Source: a phage. From it: a DNA stretch of 49,912 bases. The notes beneath the pieces were generated by a model. It was not told where the DNA came from. It worked only from the letters and a program-made list of their open reading frames with translations, and ran no database searches. The DNA lies in sequence record OZ335956.1; one strand, 5' to 3'. The translations under genes were made by a program, and so were the position numbers. Positions 39,414-47,556 of the stretch are shown piece by piece (within the stretch, counting starts at the first letter, position 1; each line of letters starts with the position of its first letter).

Positions 39414-39539
39414 TTATCGCTTACCCTGACCGTTGCAAGCCGGACACGTGATTCGCTGCATTGTCCAGACTCCAGTGAATAAAGGAACCAGGGTAAATCC
39501 ACGACCAGCGCACTGACTACAAACCTGTTTAACTTTCAT
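39414..39539 (-). CDS. zinc-ribbon mini-protein (41 aa)
   Basis: CSQC...CPAC pairs; leader caaccaatcagaagaggaag matches the module leader. Confidence 0.4.
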   Translation of the reverse strand: MKVKQVCSQCAGRGFTLVPLFTGVWTMQRITCPACNGQGKR

Positions 39540-39602
39540 TGCTGCTTCCTCTTCTGATTGGTTGATGTGATGAATCATACCCTGCCAACCTGGTCCAGTC
39601 GT

Positions 39603-39617
39603 TAGCAAAAAATGCTA
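39603..39617. promoter_or_regulatory. palindromic motif site, perfect TAGCA-N5-TGCTA
   Basis: tagcaaaaaatgcta. Confidence 0.55.
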
Positions 39618-40226
39618 TTCCAATAATTGCTTATTATTCCATCAATGCTGGAATAGGTGGAATAATTTTGATTCCGATTGATTGCAAATGATGAAACATG
39701 ATTATTGCATGGTGTGCAACAGTTGGTTGATTTATTGCTGAGATTACAATGATTGTGAGAGGGAGGATCTAGTGTTACCCGGTTCGCCTGGTAGTCATCT
39801 CCATTTTTAGCAAAAAGTGCTACCGATTACACTTTAACTTGTCACTGCTGTAATATTTGTCTAGAATCACACTTGTGACAAAATTACGCACTGTGACACC
39901 TCACAATATACATATAGATATATGTATCTATATAATATATATAGTATTTTTTTTATTTATATATATAGATAATTATATTGTAATAATTGTGTATAGTTGT
40001 CTTACATTGTCTAGCGTACTGTTGGCATATTTCTATCTGCATGTTTATATATACAGTACTTTTTTGAGAGCTATATATTTCTATATGGACTCTAGACAGC
40101 TAGACAAATGTTACACGGCTTAAAATCGGCTTGCAGGCATTGACAACTCTACGTCGCGCTGTCACAATGGCAATTGTTGACACGTTATGACGCCATTTAC
40201 ACGCAAATAGACAAAGAGGATATATT
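39618..40226. promoter_or_regulatory. AT-rich divergent control region (candidate origin or early promoter cluster)
   Basis: non-coding; five GGAAT/ATTCC repeats at 39617-39675; sigma70-like TTGTCA-17-TAGAAT at 39839-39867; palindrome ATAGATA-tatg-TATCTAT; imperfect palindrome TGTCACAAT..ATTGTTGACA near 40160-40185. Confidence 0.5.
39808..39822. promoter_or_regulatory. palindromic motif site, perfect TAGCA-N5-TGCTA
   Basis: tagcaaaaagtgcta. Confidence 0.55.
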
Positions 40227-40742
40227 ATGAGCAATACCAATCAGGAATTAAAAATCACCGATATGATTCGCCTAACCTGCGATGCAATGTACCGCGACAA
40301 AGGCATGAAAGAGTTCTCTTTCGTGGCTGATGATATGGCGAGAGAGGCGGTAAAATTTTACTTCCGAGATCAGGATATTTCAGATGATGAGGTGGAGCGC
40401 GGAGCTACCGGGTGGGTGAACCAGAACCAGGGCGAGGTGGAGAAGCGATTCAAGTCGGCTTTCATCACCCCGATCATTACCCGACACTTCTGCAAGTATG
40501 GCAAGGTGGCAAAGGTTAAGGTAGGCAGGAATGACGCAGCAATCACTATGATAACCGTTACCGTTACCGACGAAGAGGCTCCGGTGAAGAAGCGCCGCAG
40601 CCGGAAGAAAGTTAGCCTGGCTGATTGCCTGGACTCGTTTGTGGTGGATGTGCGTAAGTTGGCTGATAGCGAGCTAATGACACGTGATGTGAATGAGATC
40701 GTGCGCCAGATGAAAGAGCATATTGAAAAGTGTGGACTGTAA
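40227..40742 (+). CDS. hypothetical early protein
   Basis: 171-aa ORF, first gene of rightward early block; RBS AAGAGGA. Confidence 0.55.
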   Translation: MSNTNQELKITDMIRLTCDAMYRDKGMKEFSFVADDMAREAVKFYFRDQDISDDEVERGATGWVNQNQGEVEKRFKSAFITPIITRHFCKYGKVAKVKVGRNDAAITMITVTVTDEEAPVKKRRSRKKVSLADCLDSFVVDVRKLADSELMTRDVNEIVRQMKEHIEKCGL

Positions 40743-40754
40743 GGAGAGATGACT

Positions 40755-41015
40755 ATGAGCAAGATTAAGCATGACGCCCTGAAAGGTATTTTGATGCGAC
40801 TGGAGCCGGGCGAGGCATTCCAGCTTAACCCCGAAACGTTCGGATTCGTAGGCTTCTATCGGCTTGGCCTACAGATGAGTTCTCCAGCCGATGAGCTTGT
40901 CCGGTATGTGCGCAAGCAATTCGGTGTCGAGATGATTAGTCTGGGCAAAGTGCAAGGCATCCAGCTATTTATCTTCAAGCCAAATAAGATTCGTTGCTTC
41001 ACCCTGATGAAATAG
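40755..41015 (+). CDS. hypothetical early protein
   Basis: ATG 40755 with RBS AAGGAGAG; ends in motif site. Confidence 0.5.
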   Translation: MSKIKHDALKGILMRLEPGEAFQLNPETFGFVGFYRLGLQMSSPADELVRYVRKQFGVEMISLGKVQGIQLFIFKPNKIRCFTLMK

Positions 41016-41027
41016 CACTTTTTGTTA
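41013..41027. promoter_or_regulatory. palindromic motif site heading an early module
   Basis: tagcactttttgtta then hairpin GGGATAAC..GTTATCCC enclosing TGGTATAGT. Confidence 0.55.
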
Positions 41028-41086
41028 AAACCGGATCGGGATAACCTGGTATAGTTATCCCATCAACAACGAATGAGGAAGCGAAT

Positions 41087-41281
41087 ATGGAAACGCAAAT
41101 TGACGTAGTGGTTGTTCAGCGTGACTCTACTCATGAAAAGGGTCTGTTCAAGAAGGGAGTCGAAATCACGATAGATCTTGAGGATATGGTTGCATATCAC
41201 TCGGGCCTCACCTGGAACGTGGTGCGCGTGGGTAGCGACTACAAACTCAAAGGATTTAACACTTACTTCGCGGAGGCTTAA
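41087..41281 (+). CDS. hypothetical early protein
   Basis: 64 aa, RBS GAGGAAG. Confidence 0.5.
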   Translation: METQIDVVVVQRDSTHEKGLFKKGVEITIDLEDMVAYHSGLTWNVVRVGSDYKLKGFNTYFAEA

Positions 41282-41283
41282 TC

Positions 41284-41754
41284 ATGACAACAATCACTGT
41301 ATTCTTGGCGAAAGACGAACTGGACGACGAAATGTCATTCTTCGCGTTTGAGCACAGAACCGGATCGCACTGGCACACTTACAGCCACTACACGGTTATC
41401 TCAATCGAAGCGTACGACGGGGATTTGCTCACTGACAAGCTGAGTGATTTTATTGAAACTGTTAAGACTAGCGAAGGTTGCGAGTGGAAAGAAGATCATG
41501 AAGTTATGCGAATGTACGAGATGATTAATCCGGTTCGCCTTGAGTCGTTCGAGCTTGATCCTGATGTGACTATTAAGGTGAGAAAGCCTGGTGAGTTGTT
41601 GCCAGGGATGCGTGTGCTGACTGGTTGCACAGGCCGTAAGGTGTGGCGCACGGTATCGAAGGTTCGCCAGCGTTCAGAAACATGCTATAGCTTATTCTTT
41701 GAAGATGGTTGGAATGAGATGGCTGGTAGCGAAGTGAAGTACCTCACCAAATAG
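41284..41754 (+). CDS. hypothetical early protein
   Basis: 156 aa, RBS GGAGG. Confidence 0.55.
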   Translation: MTTITVFLAKDELDDEMSFFAFEHRTGSHWHTYSHYTVISIEAYDGDLLTDKLSDFIETVKTSEGCEWKEDHEVMRMYEMINPVRLESFELDPDVTIKVRKPGELLPGMRVLTGCTGRKVWRTVSKVRQRSETCYSLFFEDGWNEMAGSEVKYLTK

Positions 41755-41766
41755 CACGAATTGTTA
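41752..41766. promoter_or_regulatory. palindromic motif site heading an early module
   Basis: tagcacgaattgtta then hairpin GGGGTA..TACCCC enclosing TGATATAGT. Confidence 0.55.
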
Positions 41767-41832
41767 AAACCGGATCGGGGTATCTTGATATAGTTACCCC
41801 ATCGAAACGAGATACCAATCAGAGGAATCACC

Positions 41833-42096
41833 ATGTCAATCGTCAAGAATCGCAAAGCAATCGAAGCTACCCGTCACAACAAGCAACACGCGATTTTCAT
41901 CTCTCGCTACTGCTCAAATATCAATGATGGCGCACAGTATCGACGCTATGCAGTTATTGAGCTTTCCCCGTACATTTACAAGGAGTATCTCGAGGATAAC
42001 GGCAAATGGATTGAGACTGAAGGCATGACGAGCTTCTTGATCTGGAATGGTGAATTTCAGGGTTATGACGATATCAGCACTTTAATTGAGGAATAA
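41833..42096 (+). CDS. hypothetical early protein
   Basis: 87 aa, leader ccaatcagaggaatcacc. Confidence 0.55.
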   Translation: MSIVKNRKAIEATRHNKQHAIFISRYCSNINDGAQYRRYAVIELSPYIYKEYLEDNGKWIETEGMTSFLIWNGEFQGYDDISTLIEE

Positions 42097-42102
42097 ATAA
42101 TT

Positions 42103-42330
42103 ATGCCGCGTTACAGCAATCTAACTCAACTAACCCGCGTCAACGGGCACATGATCCCGGCTAAATCTACTCACTGCGCGAAAGGCGCAAAGCACGGATT
42201 ATATTTCAAGTGGCGCGGTCAATGGAACTTCACGGCGGTGAGCAATTTTTACATGCGCGTTCCTGGTGATGACCCGCAATCGGTAGTAGAAAACTCAATC
42301 GGCGACAACAAGATCGAGGTACTAAAATGA
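42103..42330 (+). CDS. hypothetical early protein
   Basis: 75 aa, RBS GAGGAA. Confidence 0.5.
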   Translation: MPRYSNLTQLTRVNGHMIPAKSTHCAKGAKHGLYFKWRGQWNFTAVSNFYMRVPGDDPQSVVENSIGDNKIEVLK

Positions 42331-42437
42331 ACTTTAATACAGTAGCGCTATGGTCTGCCGTCTGGTTCTTCTGCATGGGTCACGTTATGGTCGGCATTGT
42401 GGTAATGCTTCTCCTGTGTGCGGGGGCGTTCGAATGA
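42327..42437 (+). CDS. small hydrophobic peptide (36 aa, below track cutoff)
   Basis: ATG 42327 overlapping upstream stop (ATGA), RBS GAGGT; single predicted transmembrane segment. Confidence 0.35.
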   Translation: MNFNTVALWSAVWFFCMGHVMVGIVVMLLLCAGAFE

Positions 42438-42607
42438 TGCGAATATTGATTTTCATGATGGCGGCGGTCGCCATGGCTATCCTGATAGTGTCAGGATGCG
42501 GAGAGGTCAGAGATAGCTGTCATAAGACCGGGAACCAGGTTACTACGTTTGTGATGGTTGGCAACGTTCTGCTACCAATCACATCAAATGAAATCACTTG
42601 CGAATAG
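42434..42607 (+). CDS. small lipoprotein (57 aa, putative)
   Basis: ATG 42434 overlapping upstream stop; signal peptide with lipobox IVSGC. Confidence 0.45.
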   Translation: MMRILIFMMAAVAMAILIVSGCGEVRDSCHKTGNQVTTFVMVGNVLLPITSNEITCE

Positions 42608-42616
42608 GATTTAACA

Positions 42617-42808
42617 ATGGCTGATTTTATGCACCAAATGATTGCAGTATTCAAAGGCAGCGATGACCAGGAAGTGAAAGAGTGCTTTACCGTTGACAAG
42701 CCTTATAGTGCGTCGCTTACCAGCTTCGGGAACATCTCATTGCTTGATGATAATGGAGATCCCTGGATATTCGACGAAGATACTGATTGCTTCGAAATTA
42801 AAGAATAG
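42617..42808 (+). CDS. hypothetical early protein
   Basis: 63 aa, acidic; ends in motif site. Confidence 0.5.
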   Translation: MADFMHQMIAVFKGSDDQEVKECFTVDKPYSASLTSFGNISLLDDNGDPWIFDEDTDCFEIKE

Positions 42809-42820
42809 CACTTTTTGTTA
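42806..42820. promoter_or_regulatory. palindromic motif site heading an early module
   Basis: tagcactttttgtta then hairpin GGGGTT..AACCCC enclosing GCGCTATAGT. Confidence 0.55.
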
Positions 42821-42879
42821 AAACTCAATATAGGGGTTGCGCTATAGTAACCCCATCGACAACGAGCGAGGACGATAGC

Positions 42880-43368
42880 ATGAAAATCAAATTACTTTGC
42901 ACTGGCGGTTATAAAGGCTTTACCCGAGATCTGGAAGCAGACCCTATCGTGGTTGATGCGGTGAAGTGTGATGATAGCCTCGGCGGCTACCGCGTGAAGT
43001 TTGACGACCTGGTTAAAGCTGGTGTGTACGATCTGGATTATGGACTTTCGGTTAGCCCGGTAGTCGGCCCGGCAGATTTCAACGAGAAGGACGGAACGAT
43101 GTTCTTTTTTGAATGGGAAGTGCAATCAAACATCAAGCCGCGCAAGGTTCGTCTTCTCAGCAATGGCGGCTACCCTATGCGCCCAGGTTATGAGAATCGC
43201 ACGTTCCCGGTTATCGTTGACTTTGAAGAAATCACCGCACACTTAGCTTATATCAACGGTGAACAGCTTAATGCTGTTGGATTCGTGGGAGGTATGAATC
43301 AAGAGGCGCTATGCTTCTTCCATTGTAAAGCCGAGCCGTTCGATATTGAGTGCGAATTGGTTTACTAA
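42880..43368 (+). CDS. hypothetical early protein
   Basis: 162 aa, RBS GAGGA. Confidence 0.55.
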   Translation: MKIKLLCTGGYKGFTRDLEADPIVVDAVKCDDSLGGYRVKFDDLVKAGVYDLDYGLSVSPVVGPADFNEKDGTMFFFEWEVQSNIKPRKVRLLSNGGYPMRPGYENRTFPVIVDFEEITAHLAYINGEQLNAVGFVGGMNQEALCFFHCKAEPFDIECELVY

Positions 43369-43381
43369 GCACGAATTGTTA
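43367..43381. promoter_or_regulatory. palindromic motif site heading an early module
   Basis: aagcacgaattgtta followed by extended -10 TGGTATAAT. Confidence 0.55.
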
Positions 43382-43439
43382 AAAGTGGATTTGGCCTGAC
43401 TGGTATAATCCCCACATCAACCACTAAGAGGAAATCATT

Positions 43440-43946
43440 ATGTTGAAATTAGAAGATGTTAAATTCCCGATCAAATTTATCAGCATTGGCTGCGGTGAAA
43501 TTACGTTCACCAATGAAGATAAGGGCACCTGGGCCACTGAGGAAGTGTCTCAGCTTAAGTTGGAGTGGTTTATTGCACGGCATAACGAAGTAAACAAGGA
43601 AAATTCACCAAATAAGGACTACCACTACATTATGAGTGACGCTCAGGATTCGTACAGCGTGTATGATAATTGGAAGTTGGAAGGTTCCATATTCAACGGT
43701 GTAAAACCAGAAATCAAGCCGACGCTACAATGCACTCAGATCGAGAACATGCCATTGAGCGCCACACTAAAAGGTGTCCAGCTTGATAGCAAATCCTGGA
43801 TTGAAATTACCGCCACACCGAAAACCATTGAGGTGCACAACGATATCATCACGCTGTTGCTGCATCACGGTGGATTCAAGCATAAGACGGTATCGGGTGA
43901 AATCAGCATCAAGCGCGGAACGCTTGTCCGCTACGAGGTGAAATAA
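43440..43946 (+). CDS. hypothetical early protein
   Basis: 168 aa, RBS AAGAGGAAA. Confidence 0.55.
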   Translation: MLKLEDVKFPIKFISIGCGEITFTNEDKGTWATEEVSQLKLEWFIARHNEVNKENSPNKDYHYIMSDAQDSYSVYDNWKLEGSIFNGVKPEIKPTLQCTQIENMPLSATLKGVQLDSKSWIEITATPKTIEVHNDIITLLLHHGGFKHKTVSGEISIKRGTLVRYEVK

Positions 43947-44095
43947 TGGTTACCTGGGTTTTGATTATCCTGATGAGCAATGGACCGGATCACGTATATA
44001 TGAACAGCCAGCATTCATGCAATGAGGCTCGGGCAGTCATTGCAGATAACAAGCCGTTCGGATACGAAGTAAAAACTATGTGCGTTAAACGATAG
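43946..44095 (+). CDS. small hypothetical protein (49 aa, below track cutoff)
   Basis: ATG overlapping upstream stop (TAATG); hydrophobic N-terminus; its stop TAG is the first triplet of motif site 44093. Confidence 0.4.
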   Translation: MVTWVLIILMSNGPDHVYMNSQHSCNEARAVIADNKPFGYEVKTMCVKR

Positions 44096-44107
44096 CACGA
44101 ATTGCTA
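44093..44107. promoter_or_regulatory. palindromic motif site, perfect, heading an early module
   Basis: tagcacgaattgcta then hairpin GGCCA..TGGCC enclosing TGATATAGT. Confidence 0.55.
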
Positions 44108-44175
44108 AACCTTCCGCAAGGCCATTTGATATAGTGGCCTTATTGAAGCAGGGCAACCAATCAGAGGAATCAGCT

Positions 44176-44382
44176 ATGGCTACACGACTCACTCAGTGGC
44201 AGATTTACGACAAGGCATCACGCCTACGTGAATCACTTCGCGGACTGACACCGAACGACCGCATGGAGATTATCGGGCACGCATTGCACGAACTCACGCC
44301 GCCGGACGTAACCTATCATTCATGCGGCAATAAATTCTGGAACGTAACATTCGAGGTGAAGAAACATGAGCAAGCGTCATAA
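44176..44382 (+). CDS. hypothetical early protein
   Basis: 68 aa, leader caaccaatcagaggaatcagct. Confidence 0.5.
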   Translation: MATRLTQWQIYDKASRLRESLRGLTPNDRMEIIGHALHELTPPDVTYHSCGNKFWNVTFEVKKHEQAS

Positions 44383-44653
44383 GTTAAAAATCGCTCCGGT
44401 ACATTTCATCGGGGTAATGAACGGAACCAAAACGGCTGAGTTCCGAGTCAATGACCGCAACTTCCAGCCCGGCGATATCCTGGAGCTATGCGAGTTCGAG
44501 CGCGATGAGTTTACCGGGTGGGAGGTTCACGCCAGGGTATCCGATGTTACCGATGTGACGCCATACATCAATCGCGGGTATGACGAGCAAGAATGCGACT
44601 TCACGCAATACGTGATGTTATCAATCAAGCCTTACAGGAAGATTAGGCCATGA
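44366..44653 (+). CDS. ASCH/PUA-like small protein (DUF3850-like, putative)
   Basis: 95 aa; N-terminal HKLKIAPVHFIGVMNGTKTAEFRVNDRNFQPGDILEL resembles the DUF3850/ASCH pattern. Confidence 0.45.
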   Translation: MSKRHKLKIAPVHFIGVMNGTKTAEFRVNDRNFQPGDILELCEFERDEFTGWEVHARVSDVTDVTPYINRGYDEQECDFTQYVMLSIKPYRKIRP

Positions 44654-45306
44654 AATTTGAATGCGTATCTAGTAGCGGATCTGGTTTCAAGTATGGAAAA
44701 ACTTACGAAGGTGTTCGCGTAAATGATGACAGTTTTATCATTACAGCTGAGAACGGTTGCAATGTGAACGTTGTTCGACGTAACGAATACCAGGAAATTT
44801 TCCTGCCGTATGGCGGTAGCTCAAAATATATCTTCCATCGAATCGTAGATGGTGTTAAATTTAAAGACGTAATTGAAGCAATCAACCAACTACATAATAA
44901 AGAGGTAAAAACTATGAAATTCGAATGTATCAGCGATAACACCAAAAAATTTACCGTTGGCAAAATCTACGACGCGCCGACTGAGAACGCAAAGCACACT
45001 GTAGCGCTAACCGATGACACGGGCCGCCACCGCATTGCAACCGTGACGCATAATGGCGAAGGTCTTCGCTGGAATAGCGGCGGCACTAAGTTTGCAACGT
45101 TCGGCAAGAAGAAGCGGAAATTTAATACCAGTCGAATCAAGGGCGATTTCCGCATCGAACATGGTAAGATTCACAGCGTTAAGCCAAGCGAAGTTGATGG
45201 TAAAGTCAAGCCTAAGCTGACCAACAAGGACATTGATAATCTGGCGAATCTGGCTATGGCTACCGTGCTTCTTATTTCTCTTATCGTGCTGTTTTTCGTA
45301 GTTTAA
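44650..45306 (+). CDS. tandem-repeat membrane-anchored protein
   Basis: 218 aa; two homologous domains each starting MKFEC(V/I)S, second preceded by internal RBS AAAGAGG; C-terminal hydrophobic anchor. Confidence 0.55.
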   Translation: MKFECVSSSGSGFKYGKTYEGVRVNDDSFIITAENGCNVNVVRRNEYQEIFLPYGGSSKYIFHRIVDGVKFKDVIEAINQLHNKEVKTMKFECISDNTKKFTVGKIYDAPTENAKHTVALTDDTGRHRIATVTHNGEGLRWNSGGTKFATFGKKKRKFNTSRIKGDFRIEHGKIHSVKPSEVDGKVKPKLTNKDIDNLANLAMATVLLISLIVLFFVV

Positions 45307-45312
45307 CTTAAA

Positions 45313-45350
45313 ATGGGAATCGTTCCTGAGCGGTTCCCTATTTTTATGAG
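45313..45350 (+). terminator. terminator-like hairpin
   Basis: GGGAATCG..CGGTTCCC followed by TATTTTTAT. Confidence 0.4.
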
Positions 45351-45356
45351 GTGAAT

Positions 45357-45479
45357 ATGAATAGCTTTATGCCTGATTTTAAGAACTGGAAAAACGAACC
45401 TCCATCATTTCATGAGTTGTTATTCTGCCTCCTGTTTCTGACTCTATCTCTTAAGGGTGTTTTATGGCTACTATCATGA
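45357..45479 (+). CDS. small hydrophobic peptide (40 aa, below track cutoff)
   Basis: ATG 45357 with RBS GAGGTG; predicted transmembrane segment. Confidence 0.3.
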   Translation: MNSFMPDFKNWKNEPPSFHELLFCLLFLTLSLKGVLWLLS

Positions 45480-45682
45480 CAGCAGAAGATGCAGCACGCG
45501 ACGCAGTGGAAGGAATGCGCCCAAATAGCTCCAGAATCGCCCACTACTACAAATCTGAGGTGTCGGCAGTGCAATTGACCCACGAAATTTTAAGGCTCCC
45601 ACAGGTCGATTCAGCGCGCGTAGTGACGTGCTTAAAAAATTATTTTTGCATTGCTATTAAAACGAATAGCACGAATTGCTAA
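45464..45682 (+). CDS. hypothetical early protein
   Basis: 72-aa ORF ending in motif site 45667. Confidence 0.4.
   Translation: MATIMTAEDAARDAVEGMRPNSSRIAHYYKSEVSAVQLTHEILRLPQVDSARVVTCLKNYFCIAIKTNSTNC
45667..45681. promoter_or_regulatory. palindromic motif site, perfect, heading an early module
   Basis: tagcacgaattgcta then hairpin GGGGAAT..ATTCCCC enclosing GCGCTATGAT. Confidence 0.55.
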
Positions 45683-45739
45683 AACCTATCAAGGGGAATG
45701 CGCTATGATTCCCCTACACCAACAAGCGAGGAAACACAC

Positions 45740-46186
45740 ATGAAACACTTAATCTGTATTGAAGCACCTAACGATGAATACACTCTTCACGGCATTGGTA
45801 TGTTCAAAGGTCACTATATGACCGCAAGCATTTACGACGCGCATCGAGGTGACGGCGATCTAATGATTAAGTCAAAAGAGGTTAATCCGTACATCATGCA
45901 GAATCTTGGTAATAACGAATATATGGCCTACGGATGCAATGCGGTTTACAAGCACATCAAGATCCGCAAGCGTGTAGTGCGTGCATTCAAGAAAATTGCA
46001 ATGAAGCACTGGAAGATGAGCAAGAAGGACGCCGGACGCTGGGCGCGCAATGTTGCTGACTCATACTTCTACCGTAACGGTGAGTCCTGCTACTTCCTTA
46101 TCGATGAACTTATGGAAAACTGCGGAGGCGACTTCAGCCAGATTAGCTTTGACGATTGGGCTAACTATGAGATTAGTTGCTGGTAA
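45740..46186 (+). CDS. hypothetical early protein
   Basis: 148 aa, RBS GAGGAAA. Confidence 0.55.
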   Translation: MKHLICIEAPNDEYTLHGIGMFKGHYMTASIYDAHRGDGDLMIKSKEVNPYIMQNLGNNEYMAYGCNAVYKHIKIRKRVVRAFKKIAMKHWKMSKKDAGRWARNVADSYFYRNGESCYFLIDELMENCGGDFSQISFDDWANYEISCW

Positions 46187-46201
46187 TGGCACGAATTGCT
46201 A
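46187..46201. promoter_or_regulatory. palindromic motif site heading an early module
   Basis: tggcacgaattgcta then hairpin AAGGGTA..TGCCCTT enclosing TGATAGAAT. Confidence 0.5.
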
Positions 46202-46269
46202 AAACTTGCTCAAGGGTATTTGATAGAATGCCCTTCGTTGAGTTAAGCAACCAATCAGAGGAATAAATC

Positions 46270-46803
46270 ATGGATAAAATTACAATTTGGGGTCAGACTA
46301 TCAACCTGTTTCTCGGCACGCGTCGAGTTGCAATCTTTGACTTCGACGGAACACTGAGCGACGGATCTGGTAGACTTCACCTGCTACCGACAAAGGATTT
46401 GCACTTGACTGAAAGCTGGTCCGAGTTTAACCGCGCGGCAATATTTGACAACCCTATCCAAAGCACGATCGATGTGATGAACTCTATGTTTGCAGCTGGT
46501 TATCATGTGATCATTTTAACCGGGCGAAGCGATGAGGTGCGTTACGCATCTGAGTTATGGCTTAAGCATCACGGCGCTCGATATGATTACTTAGTCATGC
46601 GACCGCACACTGACAACCGCAAAGACACGGTAATGAAAGAAGAGGCGGTGCGCGCGATCGGTATTGATAATATTCTGGCGGCCTGGGATGACTCACCTCA
46701 AATTATTCCATTACTCCGTTCGCTTGGAATAACCACTTACGCTGTAGTTGATTATGGCGATAAAGTTCACGATCATTTAAAATCTCACGGGGTAGATGAA
46801 TGA
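46270..46803 (+). CDS. HAD-family phosphatase (polynucleotide 3'-phosphatase-like)
   Basis: N-terminal DxDGT motif in FDFDGTLSDG; leader caaccaatcagaggaataaatc. Confidence 0.6.
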   Translation: MDKITIWGQTINLFLGTRRVAIFDFDGTLSDGSGRLHLLPTKDLHLTESWSEFNRAAIFDNPIQSTIDVMNSMFAAGYHVIILTGRSDEVRYASELWLKHHGARYDYLVMRPHTDNRKDTVMKEEAVRAIGIDNILAAWDDSPQIIPLLRSLGITTYAVVDYGDKVHDHLKSHGVDE

Positions 46804-46910
46804 ACCTATACGAATTTATTGCAGCACATCCGGTATTGACGGTTATCATCCTGTTAATCATCAATCACACTATCATCAATGTGGCAAAATTATTTTTAGG
46901 GAGATACTAG
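46800..46910 (+). CDS. small hydrophobic peptide (36 aa, below track cutoff)
   Basis: ATG 46800 overlapping phosphatase stop; predicted transmembrane segment. Confidence 0.25.
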   Translation: MNLYEFIAAHPVLTVIILLIINHTIINVAKLFLGRY

Positions 46911-46911
46911 C

Positions 46912-47484
46912 ATGAAAACAGCTATCATTTTAAACGGCGCGCCGGGCGCTGGTAAGGACACTATCGGCGCAATCCTGGCTGACATTTACGATCACGTAGC
47001 TTTGCGCAGCTTCAAAGAGCCGATGTTTGAGATTGCTCGGGCAATACTTGGTGAAACTAACTACGAGTATTTCATGTTCTTGTATGAGGACCGTCGATAC
47101 AAAGAAGAGCCAGCATCTATCCTGAACGGTAAAAGCCCACGCCAGTTTATGATCTGGATTAGCGAAGAGGTAATCAAGCCACAGTTCGGCAATCGCTTCT
47201 TCGGTATGCGAGCGGAAAGTAAGGTGAAAGAGTCGTACTCCCTTTCGGTATTTACTGACGGTGGATTCAAAGATGAGATCTTGCAAATGATTGAAGGCGA
47301 TATCCAGGTAAAGCTATGTCGAATCCATCGCAACGGTTGCAACTTCGATAATGACAGTCGCGATTATATCTACCTGGATGATATGATCGGGGTCAACGGT
47401 TATCAGGAATGTGATTTCTTCTCTGTTGAGGGTCATCCTGAAATTACCGCTCAGCACATAGCCGCCACATTCATCAATAAATAG
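46912..47484 (+). CDS. P-loop nucleotide or polynucleotide kinase (putative)
   Basis: Walker A GAPGAGKDT near the N-terminus; RBS GGGAG. Confidence 0.6.
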   Translation: MKTAIILNGAPGAGKDTIGAILADIYDHVALRSFKEPMFEIARAILGETNYEYFMFLYEDRRYKEEPASILNGKSPRQFMIWISEEVIKPQFGNRFFGMRAESKVKESYSLSVFTDGGFKDEILQMIEGDIQVKLCRIHRNGCNFDNDSRDYIYLDDMIGVNGYQECDFFSVEGHPEITAQHIAATFINK

Positions 47485-47496
47485 CACGAATTGCTA
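47482..47496. promoter_or_regulatory. palindromic motif site, perfect, heading an early module
   Basis: tagcacgaattgcta followed by TGATATAGT. Confidence 0.55.
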
Positions 47497-47556
47497 AAGC
47501 GTCGGTGGGGTGATTTGATATAGTTACCTCATCGACAACGAAGAGAGAAAATCGAA

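Noticed and set aside
39857-40123. 88-aa ORF in the AT-rich divergent region
   Set aside because: Low-complexity I/Y/F-rich translation of AT-rich repeats, no RBS, and it overlaps palindromes and promoter-like elements; more likely non-coding regulatory or origin DNA
41013-41060. Reading the TTG(C/T)TA inside the repeated motif as a standard sigma70 -35 hexamer
   Set aside because: Spacing to the TATAGT-like -10 is about 20-22 bp, too long for a canonical 17-bp spacer; the motif's two-fold symmetry fits a regulator binding site better
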